A stretch of DNA of 64,000 nt. Origin: Candidatus Binataceae bacterium (GTDB taxonomy: Bacteria; Desulfobacterota; Binatia; Binatales; Binataceae). Of this stretch, positions 48,202 through 57,889 are shown piece after piece (within the stretch, counting starts at the first letter, position 1; the number at the start of each line of letters is the position of its first letter). The notes under the pieces were generated by a model, which was given only the letters and a program-made list of their open reading frames with translations, was not told the origin of the DNA and searched no databases. A program made the position numbers and the translations under genes. The stretch covers positions 86,754-150,753 of the forward strand of contig JBEKJC010000006.1 of the NCBI GenBank assembly GCA_050011435.1, in the 5' to 3' direction.

Positions 48202-49206
48202 ATGGCCGCAGCCGCAACGAAATTGGGACTGGAGATGTCGATTGCCTCAACCGCATTCGCCGAGTGTCCGCGCCTCGCCCGTGAGGCCGAAGATCGCGGC
48301 TACGCGTCGATCTGGGTGCCCGAGGTGAGCGGCCCCGACGCCTTCGTCACGCTGGCGACGATCGCGCAGGCGACGACCAAGGCCGACCTCGCGACCGGGA
48401 TCGTGCCGATTCAGATTCGCACGCCCGGTGCGATGGCGATGGGCTTTCTAACCCTCAACGAGCTCTCGGGCGGACGCGCGATCGCGGGCCTCGGCGTTTC
48501 GAGCCCGGTGATCGTTGAACGCTGGCACGGCGCTGCCTACCACAAGCCAATCACGGCGATGCGCGAGTGCGTCACGATCATGCGCCAGCTCTTCACCGAA
48601 GGACGCTGCAAATTCGAGGGCAAGGTCTATCGCAGCGACTTCCGCCTCGGGTTCCAATCGAAATATCCGCCGCCGCGAATCTACCTGGCCGCGCTGAATC
48701 CGCCGATGCTGCGGCTGGCTGGCGAACTCGCCGACGGCGTGCTGCTCAACTATTCGCCCCCCGAAGCGATTCCGCCGATGATCGCGGAGATTCGCGCCGG
48801 GGCGGAAAAGGCCGGACGCAAGCTCGCCGATATCGACGTCGGCATTTACCTGCGGATGTGCATCACGGAGGACGAGGCGGCCGCCGTGAGTGCGTTCAAG
48901 CGCGAACTCGCGACCTACGCCTTCGTCGATCAGTACAACGCCATGTTCGAGCGCTACGGACTGCAGGACGAGTTCGCCGAGGTGCGCCGGCTGTGGCGCG
49001 AGGGCAAGCGCGACGACGCCCCCAACGCCTTGAGCGATGCGGCGGCGCGGCGCCTCGCGGCGTTCGGACCGCCTGCGGCCGGGCGGAAGTTCGTCGAGAG
49101 CTTTCGCGCCGTCGGCGTGAATCATCCGGTGATTTTTCCGATCGGGCCGGGACGCTCCTTAATGCAGCACTTCACAACCACCGTGGACGCACTCGCCGGC
49201 GCCTGA
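48202..49206 (+). CDS. LLM-class (luciferase-like) flavin/F420-dependent oxidoreductase
   Basis: TIM-barrel LLM motifs (ASIWVPE, GLGVSSPVIVERWHG). GGAG SD before the ATG at 48202. Confidence 0.8.
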   Translation: MAAAATKLGLEMSIASTAFAECPRLAREAEDRGYASIWVPEVSGPDAFVTLATIAQATTKADLATGIVPIQIRTPGAMAMGFLTLNELSGGRAIAGLGVSSPVIVERWHGAAYHKPITAMRECVTIMRQLFTEGRCKFEGKVYRSDFRLGFQSKYPPPRIYLAALNPPMLRLAGELADGVLLNYSPPEAIPPMIAEIRAGAEKAGRKLADIDVGIYLRMCITEDEAAAVSAFKRELATYAFVDQYNAMFERYGLQDEFAEVRRLWREGKRDDAPNALSDAAARRLAAFGPPAAGRKFVESFRAVGVNHPVIFPIGPGRSLMQHFTTTVDALAGA

Positions 49207-49394
49207 GGTTACACTGCCTGAAAAGGGCCTGCGGTTTGCGCGTGTCAGCCGGCTAGTGTGTATTTCGCTGGACCATTGACCCGCTATGATGCGTAACGGA
49301 AACTGGAGCCCACCCGTTTAGATGATCCCGCGCGGCCAACGGTCGTGCGGGGTGAATAGAACACGCCTCGATGACGATTCAAAAGGAAACAAGT

Positions 49395-50913
49395 GATGGC
49401 CTACGGGAAGTTGGGAAGGCTGTGCCTGGTCCTCGGTGGCATCTGGATTATCGCCTCGGTGCGTCCGGCAAATGCGGTCGCTGCAAGCGAGGCCCAGACG
49501 CTCAACCGGATCATGCACGAAGTGGATGAGCTGAAGGCCGACAAAGAACAGGACGAAAAGAAAATCCAGGATCTCGAACAGAAGGTCGGCGAGATCCAGG
49601 GTCAGAATCAGCAACTGAAGGCAGCAAATCAAAAGCTGCAAACCGATACCAGCGCGAAGATCGAAACCCTGCAGACGAAGGTCGAAGCGCCATTGGCGAC
49701 ATCGCAGTTTGGCGATGCCTTCGATCGATACCTGGGCTCACACACCTTCACGGTGACCGGGGCGGCCGGCGGCGACTTCATCTATAACCAACAAAGCAGC
49801 GCCCTCGACGGCCTTCATCATGCCTCGCAGAACTCGTTCTTTTTCGACTGGGAGCCGATGATTCTGTACCGCCCGACCGACTGGATCCTGTTTCAGGGCG
49901 TGCTTAGCGCGGGATTTGGAAGTACCGGGACGGGCACTGACCTGTCGACCGCCGATTTCCAGATCACGGTTAACGACTATTTAACAGTCGTGGCCGGTCT
50001 GTTCGATCAACCGTTCGGTGACTGGTACGAGAACCAGAGCCCGATGTGGGTGAATCGGTTTGTCACAGCGCCGCTGCCGTTTGGAGTTGAGCCGGTAGTG
50101 CCGCCGGCGGAGCTTGGAGTCCAGCTGCGGGGCGGCCTGCAGTTCGCCGGCCTCGGTCAGGATTTCGACTATACGGTCTGGGGCGGCAACGGCCCGAACT
50201 ACAGCTCGCCAGTCCTTGGCGCGGCGGTCTCGAGCCCGACGGCAGTCGCCAACAGCCAGACCAACGGCAAATCAATCGGCGCCCGTTTTCGTGTCTATCC
50301 GCTGCCGGTTGATTTGGAAATGGGCCGGCTTGAACTCGGAGCATCCACCTATAATGGCAAGTGGGCAAATGGAAATTGGTTGAACTCATGGGGCGTGGAT
50401 TTCAACTATTTCGTCGATAACCTGCAAACTCGCGGCGAATGGCTGGAATCGTACCGCCAGATGCCCAACGGACAGGCCTCCGACAATCGCCAGGGATGGT
50501 ACCTACAGGCCGGTTACTTCTTAAACAGTCTTAATGTTCCGTTCCTACCCGATAGGCTCAACACCTATCTCCATCGATTAGAGCCGCTGGTGCGTTATTC
50601 GGGAGTTAACCAGCACGGCGTTTCAACCGACGACATCGCCGGGGCTACCGGTGTCGGCCTGGGCGGCATGCAGGTCGGGCTGATTCCCGATTTCGGCCTT
50701 AACGGTTCCCCGGCATTATACGCACCGCACTCTCGCGAAGTGGCTTTGGCGCTCGACTATTGGTTCGCACCATCGATCGTTTGGCAGAACGAATTCGACA
50801 TCGAATTGCCGCGGGCAGGAGGAGTATTCGTTTCATCGACTGGTGCCGAGACACCCGTGGGCGCAACTCCGAACGATCGCGCCTTCCTCACCCAATTCAC
50901 GGTCGGATTCTGA
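49395..50913 (+). CDS. Outer-membrane porin with N-terminal coiled-coil (OprO/P- or bbp2-like)
   Basis: Signal peptide and a 70-aa coiled-coil (ELKADKEQDEKKIQDLEQKVGEIQGQNQQLKAANQKL). Aromatic/Gly-rich barrel ending in a terminal Phe (FTVGF). Confidence 0.7.
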
Positions 50914-50937
50914 GTGGAGGCACCGTCTTGAGAAAAA

Positions 50938-51209
50938 TACTGGCGGCAATCGTACTTGCGACTCTCGCATTCGGATCGGTGGGCGCTCGCGCTTCGGCGC
51001 AAGAGAATCCCAGTCCGGCTGAGCAGAAACGCCTGTTCCGGGAGGGCGCGAAGCTGTGGCCGATTTACTGCAATACTTGTCACAACGCGCGGCCGGGGTC
51101 GGAGAAGGCTCCCTATGAATGGGACCAGATCATAATGCACATGCGGACGCTCGGGAACATACCGCCCGACGACGCCAAGGCGATCCTGCTATACTTGAAG
51201 GCACGATGA
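50938..51209 (+). CDS. Small mono-heme c-type cytochrome
   Basis: TTG start with a GGAGG SD. Signal peptide. CNTCH heme motif and a distal Met (MHM). Confidence 0.65.
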
Positions 51210-51613
51210 AGACGAATTTTAAAGGCGAGGAAGCATTTGTGAGAAAAGCGCGAATTTTTACAGCAATGGTGGCACTCGTGTGTGCTATCGGAATCGCGGG
51301 AGCGGTTCAGCGCGCGTCGGCAGCCGGTGACGATGAAAACCCAAGCGAGCAATACATGGTTTATTGCGCGAAGTGCCATGGCCCGGGCGGTCACGGCGAC
51401 GGCGCAAACGCGTCAACGCTCAAGACACCGCCGCGCAATTTCAGCGACTGCGCGACGATGACGAAAATCTCCGACAACACCATGTTTACGGCGATCAAGG
51501 AAGGTGGAACCGCGGTCAATCTTCCGGGCGATATGCCGCCGTGGGGACAGGCTTTCGACGACAGCGAGATCAAAGGACTGGCCGCCTATGTGCGCAGCTT
51601 CTGCAAGAAGTAG
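51206..51613 (+). CDS. Class I c-type cytochrome (c551/c552-like)
   Basis: ATGA overlap with the upstream cytochrome. Signal peptide. CAKCHGPGGHGDG heme motif and a MPPWG distal Met region. Confidence 0.8.
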   Translation: MKTNFKGEEAFVRKARIFTAMVALVCAIGIAGAVQRASAAGDDENPSEQYMVYCAKCHGPGGHGDGANASTLKTPPRNFSDCATMTKISDNTMFTAIKEGGTAVNLPGDMPPWGQAFDDSEIKGLAAYVRSFCKK

Positions 51614-51780
51614 CGTGGGCTGTCGCTACTGAAAATAACCACCGAAACTGAGCTCTAGCGGAAACCACGTCTGAGCCGTACCGCCTATGACAACGACACG
51701 GCTCGTCATCGCAACTACCTGATCTCCCGCGATTCCCCGCCGAACCCCACGCATAAGTCTCTCGCGCGCTTTTCGTCAGG

Positions 51781-52740
51781 TTACGGCTCCGCCTTGAAGA
51801 TTCCCGCCGCACCCTTGTATTGGCTCGCGCGGTTGAGGTCCATGAAACTATAAATTCCGGGCTCGTTGACGGTGAATTCGAACACGGCGCCGTCGCTCGG
51901 CGCCACTTCGAAGGTGCTGATGCCGTGCATCGCATTGGCCGGATTGCCACCGCGATAGACGGTGCTGAACAGGACGCCGGCGACATGCCACGATGAGGTC
52001 ATATTGGGTCCGGCGTTGACAAAGAATACCCGCACCAGTTTGCCGACCTTCAACTTAATTGGATGGTCGCGGTCATACTTGTTCATCGCGCCGTCAAAGA
52101 CGATGAAATCGGGCTGCGCCGCAATCATTTTCGTATGGTCGCCGGTGATTAAACCCCGCTTGTCGGGCAAGCCGTAAAACTCGCTCTGCACCAGCGTCAC
52201 TTCCTGGGCGTCGCCGTCCGGCCATCCATCCTTCGGCTCAACGATCATCATCCCATACATGCCGCTGGCAATATGGTCGAGAATCGGCGGCGCGTAGCAA
52301 GTGTAAGCAAACACGCCCGGAACGGTGGCCCGGAACGTATAGCCGACCGGCTTGATCGGATCCCCGGCAAAATGTGAGGGGGCAACCTGCGCCGCGTGAA
52401 CGTTGATGCCGTGCGCGTCGCCAGTGTGATTGGCCAGAGCGATAGTCACGTCGTCGCCTTCACGCGCCTTGAGGACCGGCCCGGGCACGGTACCGTTGAA
52501 GGTCGTCGCGTTGTAGGTCACGCCAGTGCCAAGGCGGACGGGCTTGCTTTCGACGGTGAGCGTGAACTTTTGATCAGCCGCATCGGCCCGGAGCGAAAAT
52601 CCCGCCACGACCAGCATAACGGCGGCCGCCGCGGCGAGCGCGCGACCGACGAAATGCTTTGCAGTGTGCGCCATGAGGCGTCCCGCAATCCCATCCCCGT
52701 TATCGCAACGGCGCAGTGAATCCGAAGTCAGTAGGGCCAT
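51781..52740 (-). CDS. NirK-like two-domain cupredoxin (copper nitrite reductase homologue with apparently degenerate type-2 Cu site)
   Basis: HGINVHAA (cf. NirK HNVDFHAA) and YTCYAPPILDHIASGMYGMMIV (cf. [23 protein letters not shown]). The T1 Cu ligands H/C/H/M are retained. The T2 His next to the Cys is Thr, and the catalytic Asp of HNVDFH is Asn. Confidence 0.7.
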   Translation of the reverse strand: MALLTSDSLRRCDNGDGIAGRLMAHTAKHFVGRALAAAAAVMLVVAGFSLRADAADQKFTLTVESKPVRLGTGVTYNATTFNGTVPGPVLKAREGDDVTIALANHTGDAHGINVHAAQVAPSHFAGDPIKPVGYTFRATVPGVFAYTCYAPPILDHIASGMYGMMIVEPKDGWPDGDAQEVTLVQSEFYGLPDKRGLITGDHTKMIAAQPDFIVFDGAMNKYDRDHPIKLKVGKLVRVFFVNAGPNMTSSWHVAGVLFSTVYRGGNPANAMHGISTFEVAPSDGAVFEFTVNEPGIYSFMDLNRASQYKGAAGIFKAEP

Positions 52741-53193
52741 GTAGTTACCTCTTCCCGAGGCAGCGCAAGCTGCGTGAATACTTAGGTCATTGCTAGTCTT
52801 CCGGAATCCTAATCGAAAGGCGAGACCCGCGCGATGACGACAGGCGCACATACCCCAACTCGCGCTTGCGACCGCGTCGTTGTGCATCGCAGTTTAACGG
52901 GTGGCGCCGATCGAGACAGGGGGACTGATGCTTTTGGACGCAATAGCAAAGCTCTCGAGTCACAGAAATACTAATTTCAATGACAAATATATCTTAATCA
53001 ATGGAACATTTTATGCTGCGAAATGCCTTGGACCTATCGGGTTGCGCGACCGAAGGGAGCCAAGCATTTGCTTTGACTCCCCTCGTAGTCAAAGTTGCTC
53101 AGTTCTGTGATATAGGCTGAGATTAAGGACACGAGGGCCGCGGTAATGGTGAGGCCCGCGGTCGCCCGCGCCAATTTAGGGGGCGGGAAGTAT

Positions 53194-54681
53194 ATGAAAG
53201 AGTCCTCGGCGGCTCTGGTTCTCATTGCTGCTCTTGCAACTACGCAGTTCGCAGTGGGCTGCGTGGGGATCGAATCCGCATCGACGAGATCTACGGTCGG
53301 CGCGCCTGCGGTATCTCCGAACCGCCTCGAATTAGAAGGTTTTTCGATTCTCCCTCCGCAAGGCGACGGATGGCACCGACTGTCGGGTAGTGGAGTCTCG
53401 CGCCTGCTCCTGGGCTTCGACGTACTCTACGTCAAGGCAGTCAGCCCAACCTCATTCGCCCATGCATATGTCGTCGCGCATCGAGTTCCCGGCGACTCCG
53501 ACAATCCGAAAATCCTGGAAGATTCGTTCACGCGCTTCATCGAATCGAGAGGCACGTCGTCGGTAATCGTACGGAGCAGCCGCGATCCGCCCAACTGTCT
53601 GCGGTGGGAAATGGCGCACGAAGCTCGGGACCGATTTCAGGGGGTTCGGTTCGATGGTGAGACGGCGCGCGTATCGCAATATCGGGGTTATCTTTGCTCG
53701 CATCCCGACGACCCTGCATACGTAATCGAAATCGGGTACTTCGACACAGTTTTAATGGGCGCGGCGAAGCCGGCGATCGCTGAGGGCGAAGCGTTCCTTC
53801 ACGGCGTTGCCTTGATGCCACTCGGCGTTAAACTGCGCCAGTATTCGGCGGGTGAAAAGCCCCGCGGAGTGGCCTTGGCAGGCGGCGAGCTTTGGCTAAC
53901 TGAGGAGGACGTGGGGACGGTTGTGCGAGTCGAGCCCGCAAGCGGCTCAATCGCCGCAAGCATTGCGGTGGGAGTGAGGCCTGAGGGACCGGCGGCAGGG
54001 CCGGACGCGGTATGGGTGCCGAACTGGGCAAGCGATTCAGTCTCGCGCATTGACACGCAATCGAGGCAGGTCGTCGCAGCGATTGCGGTCGGGCAGGGGC
54101 CGACGGACGTGGCCGTGAGCGGAACGTCAGTGTGGGTCGCCAATGAGAAGAGCAATTCGGTCTCACGCATCGACGCGATTACCAATCACGTCACGGCGAC
54201 CATCGTGACTGGTGACAGGCCAGTAGCAATCGCCGCCAGCGAGGCGGCGGTTTGGGTCGAAGATTTCGGCACCAACAGGATCTGGCGGATCGATCCGCGG
54301 ACCAATCAGGTCGTGGCAACGATCCGCGTGGGTCAAGGCCGCCACTTGATTGCGATCGCGCCGGACGGCGACGCAGTATGGGCGTCAAACTCTCGAGAGC
54401 GGTCAGTATCGAGAATCGACCCGTCAACCAATCGGGTTATAGCCACCGTCGCGGTCGGGCGTACGCCGATCGGACTCGCGGCAACGGACGGTGTGGTGTG
54501 GGTCGCGAACTTTGGCGACAGCACGGTCTCAAGGATCGATTCGCAGACCAACCTGGTCGTCGGAAAACCCATTCCCGTAGGAGAAAATCCATTTCTGATC
54601 GGCGCTAATGACAAGACGGTCTGGGTACTCAGCGTATGGGACTGGGATCTCGGAACGCTCTCCCGGATCACGGATTTTTGA
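53194..54681 (+). CDS. Lipoprotein with novel N-terminal domain and C-terminal YVTN-family beta-propeller repeats
   Basis: Lipobox FAVGC. About 6 repeats of ~40 aa (VSRID..TN.VVATI.VG..P..VAV....VWVAN). Confidence 0.7.
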   Translation: MKESSAALVLIAALATTQFAVGCVGIESASTRSTVGAPAVSPNRLELEGFSILPPQGDGWHRLSGSGVSRLLLGFDVLYVKAVSPTSFAHAYVVAHRVPGDSDNPKILEDSFTRFIESRGTSSVIVRSSRDPPNCLRWEMAHEARDRFQGVRFDGETARVSQYRGYLCSHPDDPAYVIEIGYFDTVLMGAAKPAIAEGEAFLHGVALMPLGVKLRQYSAGEKPRGVALAGGELWLTEEDVGTVVRVEPASGSIAASIAVGVRPEGPAAGPDAVWVPNWASDSVSRIDTQSRQVVAAIAVGQGPTDVAVSGTSVWVANEKSNSVSRIDAITNHVTATIVTGDRPVAIAASEAAVWVEDFGTNRIWRIDPRTNQVVATIRVGQGRHLIAIAPDGDAVWASNSRERSVSRIDPSTNRVIATVAVGRTPIGLAATDGVVWVANFGDSTVSRIDSQTNLVVGKPIPVGENPFLIGANDKTVWVLSVWDWDLGTLSRITDF

Positions 54682-54805
54682 GCCGTGGCCAGACGACGGA
54701 CTGCGGATCGAGCGAACGATCCTTGCCGGACGGATGTGTGCGTGATACTGGCGTGCTGAGACCGGTGCCGGCCAGGCCGGACCCAAATCCCGCTCCGAGG
54801 TTGCA

Positions 54806-56099
54806 ATGGTTAAAGTAATACTTCAGCTTTATCCGGTAATCCCCGCCAAGAATGAAGAAGAACGCGCGGCCCTGAGGCCGATCGGACGCAACCGCGAACG
54901 CTACCAGGAAACGCTCACCGGCTGGCTATCATTCGCGCAGCCGACAACCTGGGACTCTGGGGCGTCGCCACCATCGAGCATCATTTCTGGTCCGAGGGCT
55001 ACGAATGCGGCCCCAATCCGGGGGTCCTCGACGCCTACTGGGCCGCGATCACGAAGAACGTGCGGGTCGGGCAGATGGGTTATGTGATGAGCACGCAGAA
55101 CTCGATGCGCGTCGCCGAAGAGACCGCGATTATCGACCACTTGACGCGCGGGCGCTGTTTCGTGGGCTTCGCGCGCGGCTACCAGTCGCGATGGACCAAT
55201 GTTATCGGGCAGCATCTCGGCACTCGTGCGACGATTTCGCCGACGGCCGGCGGCGGCGATGAAAACCATATGTTCGCGGGCGAAAAGCAACAGAGCGACG
55301 TTGACGACGACGCCGTCAATCGCCGCATCTTCGAGGAAGAGGTCGATATCGTCGTCAAAGCGTGGACCGAGGACAGTATCTCGTACAAGGGCGAGTCGTG
55401 GCAGATACCGTTTCCGTTCGACAAGGGCGTTGACGATTGGCCGCTGGCGCGGGCGGGCGTGACGGGCAGATTCGGTGCCCACGGCGAGGTCGGCGCTGAC
55501 GGCAACATCCACCGCATCAGCGTGGTACCGGCGCCCTACACGCGGCCGCATCCGCCGGTATTCGTGGCGACGGCGGGTAGCCCTGAAAGCGCGCAATATG
55601 CGGGCCGCCGCGGCTTCATCCCGCTTTACTTCACGAGCCTCAAAAATGCGATCGCGCTGGGCACGGAGTATCAGCAGGCGGCGACTGCCAGCGGCCATAA
55701 TTTCGCGTTCGGGCAGAACCAGGCCGTCGTGCGCATGCCCCATCTGGGCGCGACGATGGAGGATGCGAAGCGCTCGCTGATCGATTACGACGGCGACATT
55801 TTCCGCAATTTCTACGCCTCGATGGGCGGCGGAAGATGGATACCAGCGACGTTTACAAATCGACCACGCAATTCGGCATGTGGGCGGTCGGAACGGTTGA
55901 CGACGTGCGGCGGCAATTGGTCGAGGAGTGGAAGAAGTTTCCAGCCGAGTATCTGACGCTGATCTATCATTACGCGCAGATGCCGAAGGAAGTCGTCATC
56001 CGCAATCTCGAACTCTTCATGCGCGAGATCAAACCCGCACTCGACGAACTGACGCCCTACACCGAGAAAGAGACGGCGTCTGCCGCGGCGGGCCGCTAG
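54806..56099 (+). pseudogene. LLM-class flavin/F420-dependent oxidoreductase gene with two frameshifts (near 54915-54925 and 55830-55840)
   Basis: Three consecutive ORFs in frames 2, 1, 2. LLM N-terminus (MVKVILQLYPVIP...RERYQETL). The middle part (LGLWGVATIEHHFWSEGYE...) is open from 54856. The C-terminus (GTVDDVRRQLVEEW...LELFMREIKPAL). Both shifts fall in G/C runs. Confidence 0.7.
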
Positions 56100-56149
56100 G
56101 CGCGGCGTAAACGAGCGACGGAGAAAAAGGGAAATTTGTTGAGGAGCGC

Positions 56150-56345
56150 GGGACTTTGCGGCCTGCCCGAGCATCGCGAGCGTCAACTATGATGAGGTTT
56201 CAGACTTCCCTTTTGTTGGGCACGGGAAATACCCGCACGGCTGCGGTTGCGACGCAGCCGAGACGCATTGGCAATCATGACGCGCGGGACTTTGCTGCAT
56301 GCCCGAGCGTCGCGAGCGTCAATTATGATCGGTTCCGAGCGAAAA
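56150..56345. repeat. Intergenic repeat element, copy 6 (tandem partial duplication)
   Basis: GCGGGACTTTGCGGCCTGCCCGAGCATCGCGAGCGTCAACTATGATGAGGTTTCAGACTTCCC, followed by a second GCGCGGGACTTTGCTGCATGCCCGAGCGTCGCGAGCGTCAATTATGATCGG. Confidence 0.8.
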
Positions 56346-56358
56346 TCGGGCGCAGCGG

Positions 56359-56958
56359 CTAGGCGACCTTGGTGTTGCGCCCCTCGATCACTTCATCGAT
56401 CAGGCCATACTCCACCGCCTCCTTGGCACTGAGATAATTGTCGCGGTCAGTGTCCTTTTCGACCTTCTTGAAGGCCTGCCCGGTGTGGCTCGAGAGAATC
56501 TGATTGAGCAGATCGCGCAGACGCAGGGCCTCGCGCGCCTGAATATCGATATCGGCAGCCTGCCCTTCAAAACCGCCCGAGAGCTGATGAATCATGATAC
56601 GCGAATGCGGCAGCGAATAGCGCTTGCCCTTCGCGCCCGCCGCGAGCAGCACCGCGGCCATGCTCGCGGCCTGGCCAACGCAGAGCGTCGAAACCGGAGG
56701 CTTGACGAACTGCATGGTGTCGTAAATCGCGAGCCCCGCGGTGACCGATCCGCCGGGCGAATTGATGTACATGTTGATCTCGCGCTCGGGATCCTCGGAT
56801 TCCAGGAAGAGCAGTTGCGCGGTGACGACGTTGGCGAGGTCGTCGCCGATCTGACCGCCGACGAAAACGATGCGGTCCTTCAGCAGCCTCGAGTAAATGT
56901 CGTAAGAGCGTTCGCCGCGCCCCGTCTGCTCAACCACGAATGGAATCAGAATGCTCAT
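56359..56958 (-). CDS. clpP: ATP-dependent Clp protease proteolytic subunit
   Basis: Ser-His-Asp triad context ([16 protein letters not shown]). No adjacent clpX or tig. Confidence 0.9.
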   Translation of the reverse strand: MSILIPFVVEQTGRGERSYDIYSRLLKDRIVFVGGQIGDDLANVVTAQLLFLESEDPEREINMYINSPGGSVTAGLAIYDTMQFVKPPVSTLCVGQAASMAAVLLAAGAKGKRYSLPHSRIMIHQLSGGFEGQAADIDIQAREALRLRDLLNQILSSHTGQAFKKVEKDTDRDNYLSAKEAVEYGLIDEVIEGRNTKVA

Positions 56959-57033
56959 GGAAGCTACTTTACTCCCCTGCGGCATGGGTGGTCGATAACG
57001 ATTGCGCAGGGCCCTGTAACTTTACGCAGCGCA

Positions 57034-57825
57034 TTACCAGGACGGACCGGTGCCGAGGAGGCTCGGGATCGAGTTGACAGCGGTGCTGCCGCCGTCGACG
57101 ACCAGGGCGATACCGGTAACGAATGAGGCTTCGTCGGAAGCCAGGAAGAGGACGGCGTTGGCGATCTCATGCGGCTCGCCCATGCGGCCCATCGGGATGG
57201 CATCGGCCAGACGGCCCATGAGTTCCGGTTGATCGCGGCGCAGCTTCACCAGCGGCGGCGTCGCGATCGGCCCCGGACATACGCAGTTACAGCGGATACC
57301 CTTGCGGGCGTACTCGATCGCAGTCGAGCGAGTCATATTAATGACGGCGGCCTTAATGATGTTGTAGGGGCCGAGACCATAGTCGGCGTTGACCCCCGAG
57401 ATCGACGCGGTGTTGACGATCGCGCCGCGCCCCCGCGGCACCATCAGGGCGAGCGCGACCTTGGTGCAGTACCAATAAGATGTCAGACCGACGTTGATCG
57501 CCTTCTGCCATTGATCGATCGTGACGTCGCCGAGACGGCCCGGAACGAAAACGATCGCGTTGTTGTGGAGGATGTCGAGCTGGCCAAATTTGTCGGTGGC
57601 GAAACGGAACGCCGCATCGACTTCGGCCGGACGGCCGATATTACAGCGCACGAACTCGGCCGTGCCTCCGGCTTGCCGAATTTCGCTGACGACGCGCCGG
57701 CCACCTTCTTCGTTGAGGTCGGCGACGACGACCGCGGCGCCTTCGCGGGCGAAGGTTTTGGCGGTAGCCTCTCCGATACCCGAAGCGGCGCCGCTGACCA
57801 ATCCGACTTTGCCTTTCAGACGCAT
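57034..57825 (-). CDS. SDR-family oxidoreductase
   Basis: GAASGIGEA Rossmann motif and a YxxxK active site. CGGAGAG SD. Confidence 0.85.
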   Translation of the reverse strand: MRLKGKVGLVSGAASGIGEATAKTFAREGAAVVVADLNEEGGRRVVSEIRQAGGTAEFVRCNIGRPAEVDAAFRFATDKFGQLDILHNNAIVFVPGRLGDVTIDQWQKAINVGLTSYWYCTKVALALMVPRGRGAIVNTASISGVNADYGLGPYNIIKAAVINMTRSTAIEYARKGIRCNCVCPGPIATPPLVKLRRDQPELMGRLADAIPMGRMGEPHEIANAVLFLASDEASFVTGIALVVDGGSTAVNSIPSLLGTGPSW

Positions 57826-57889
57826 CTTAAACTCTCCGATTTCAATTGAACTGACAGGTCGGCCTCGCCCGGCGACAGGTGGGCATGGT

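Noticed and set aside
52901-53110. 69-aa ORF in the AT-rich island
   Set aside because: No RBS and low-complexity composition. More likely regulatory DNA.
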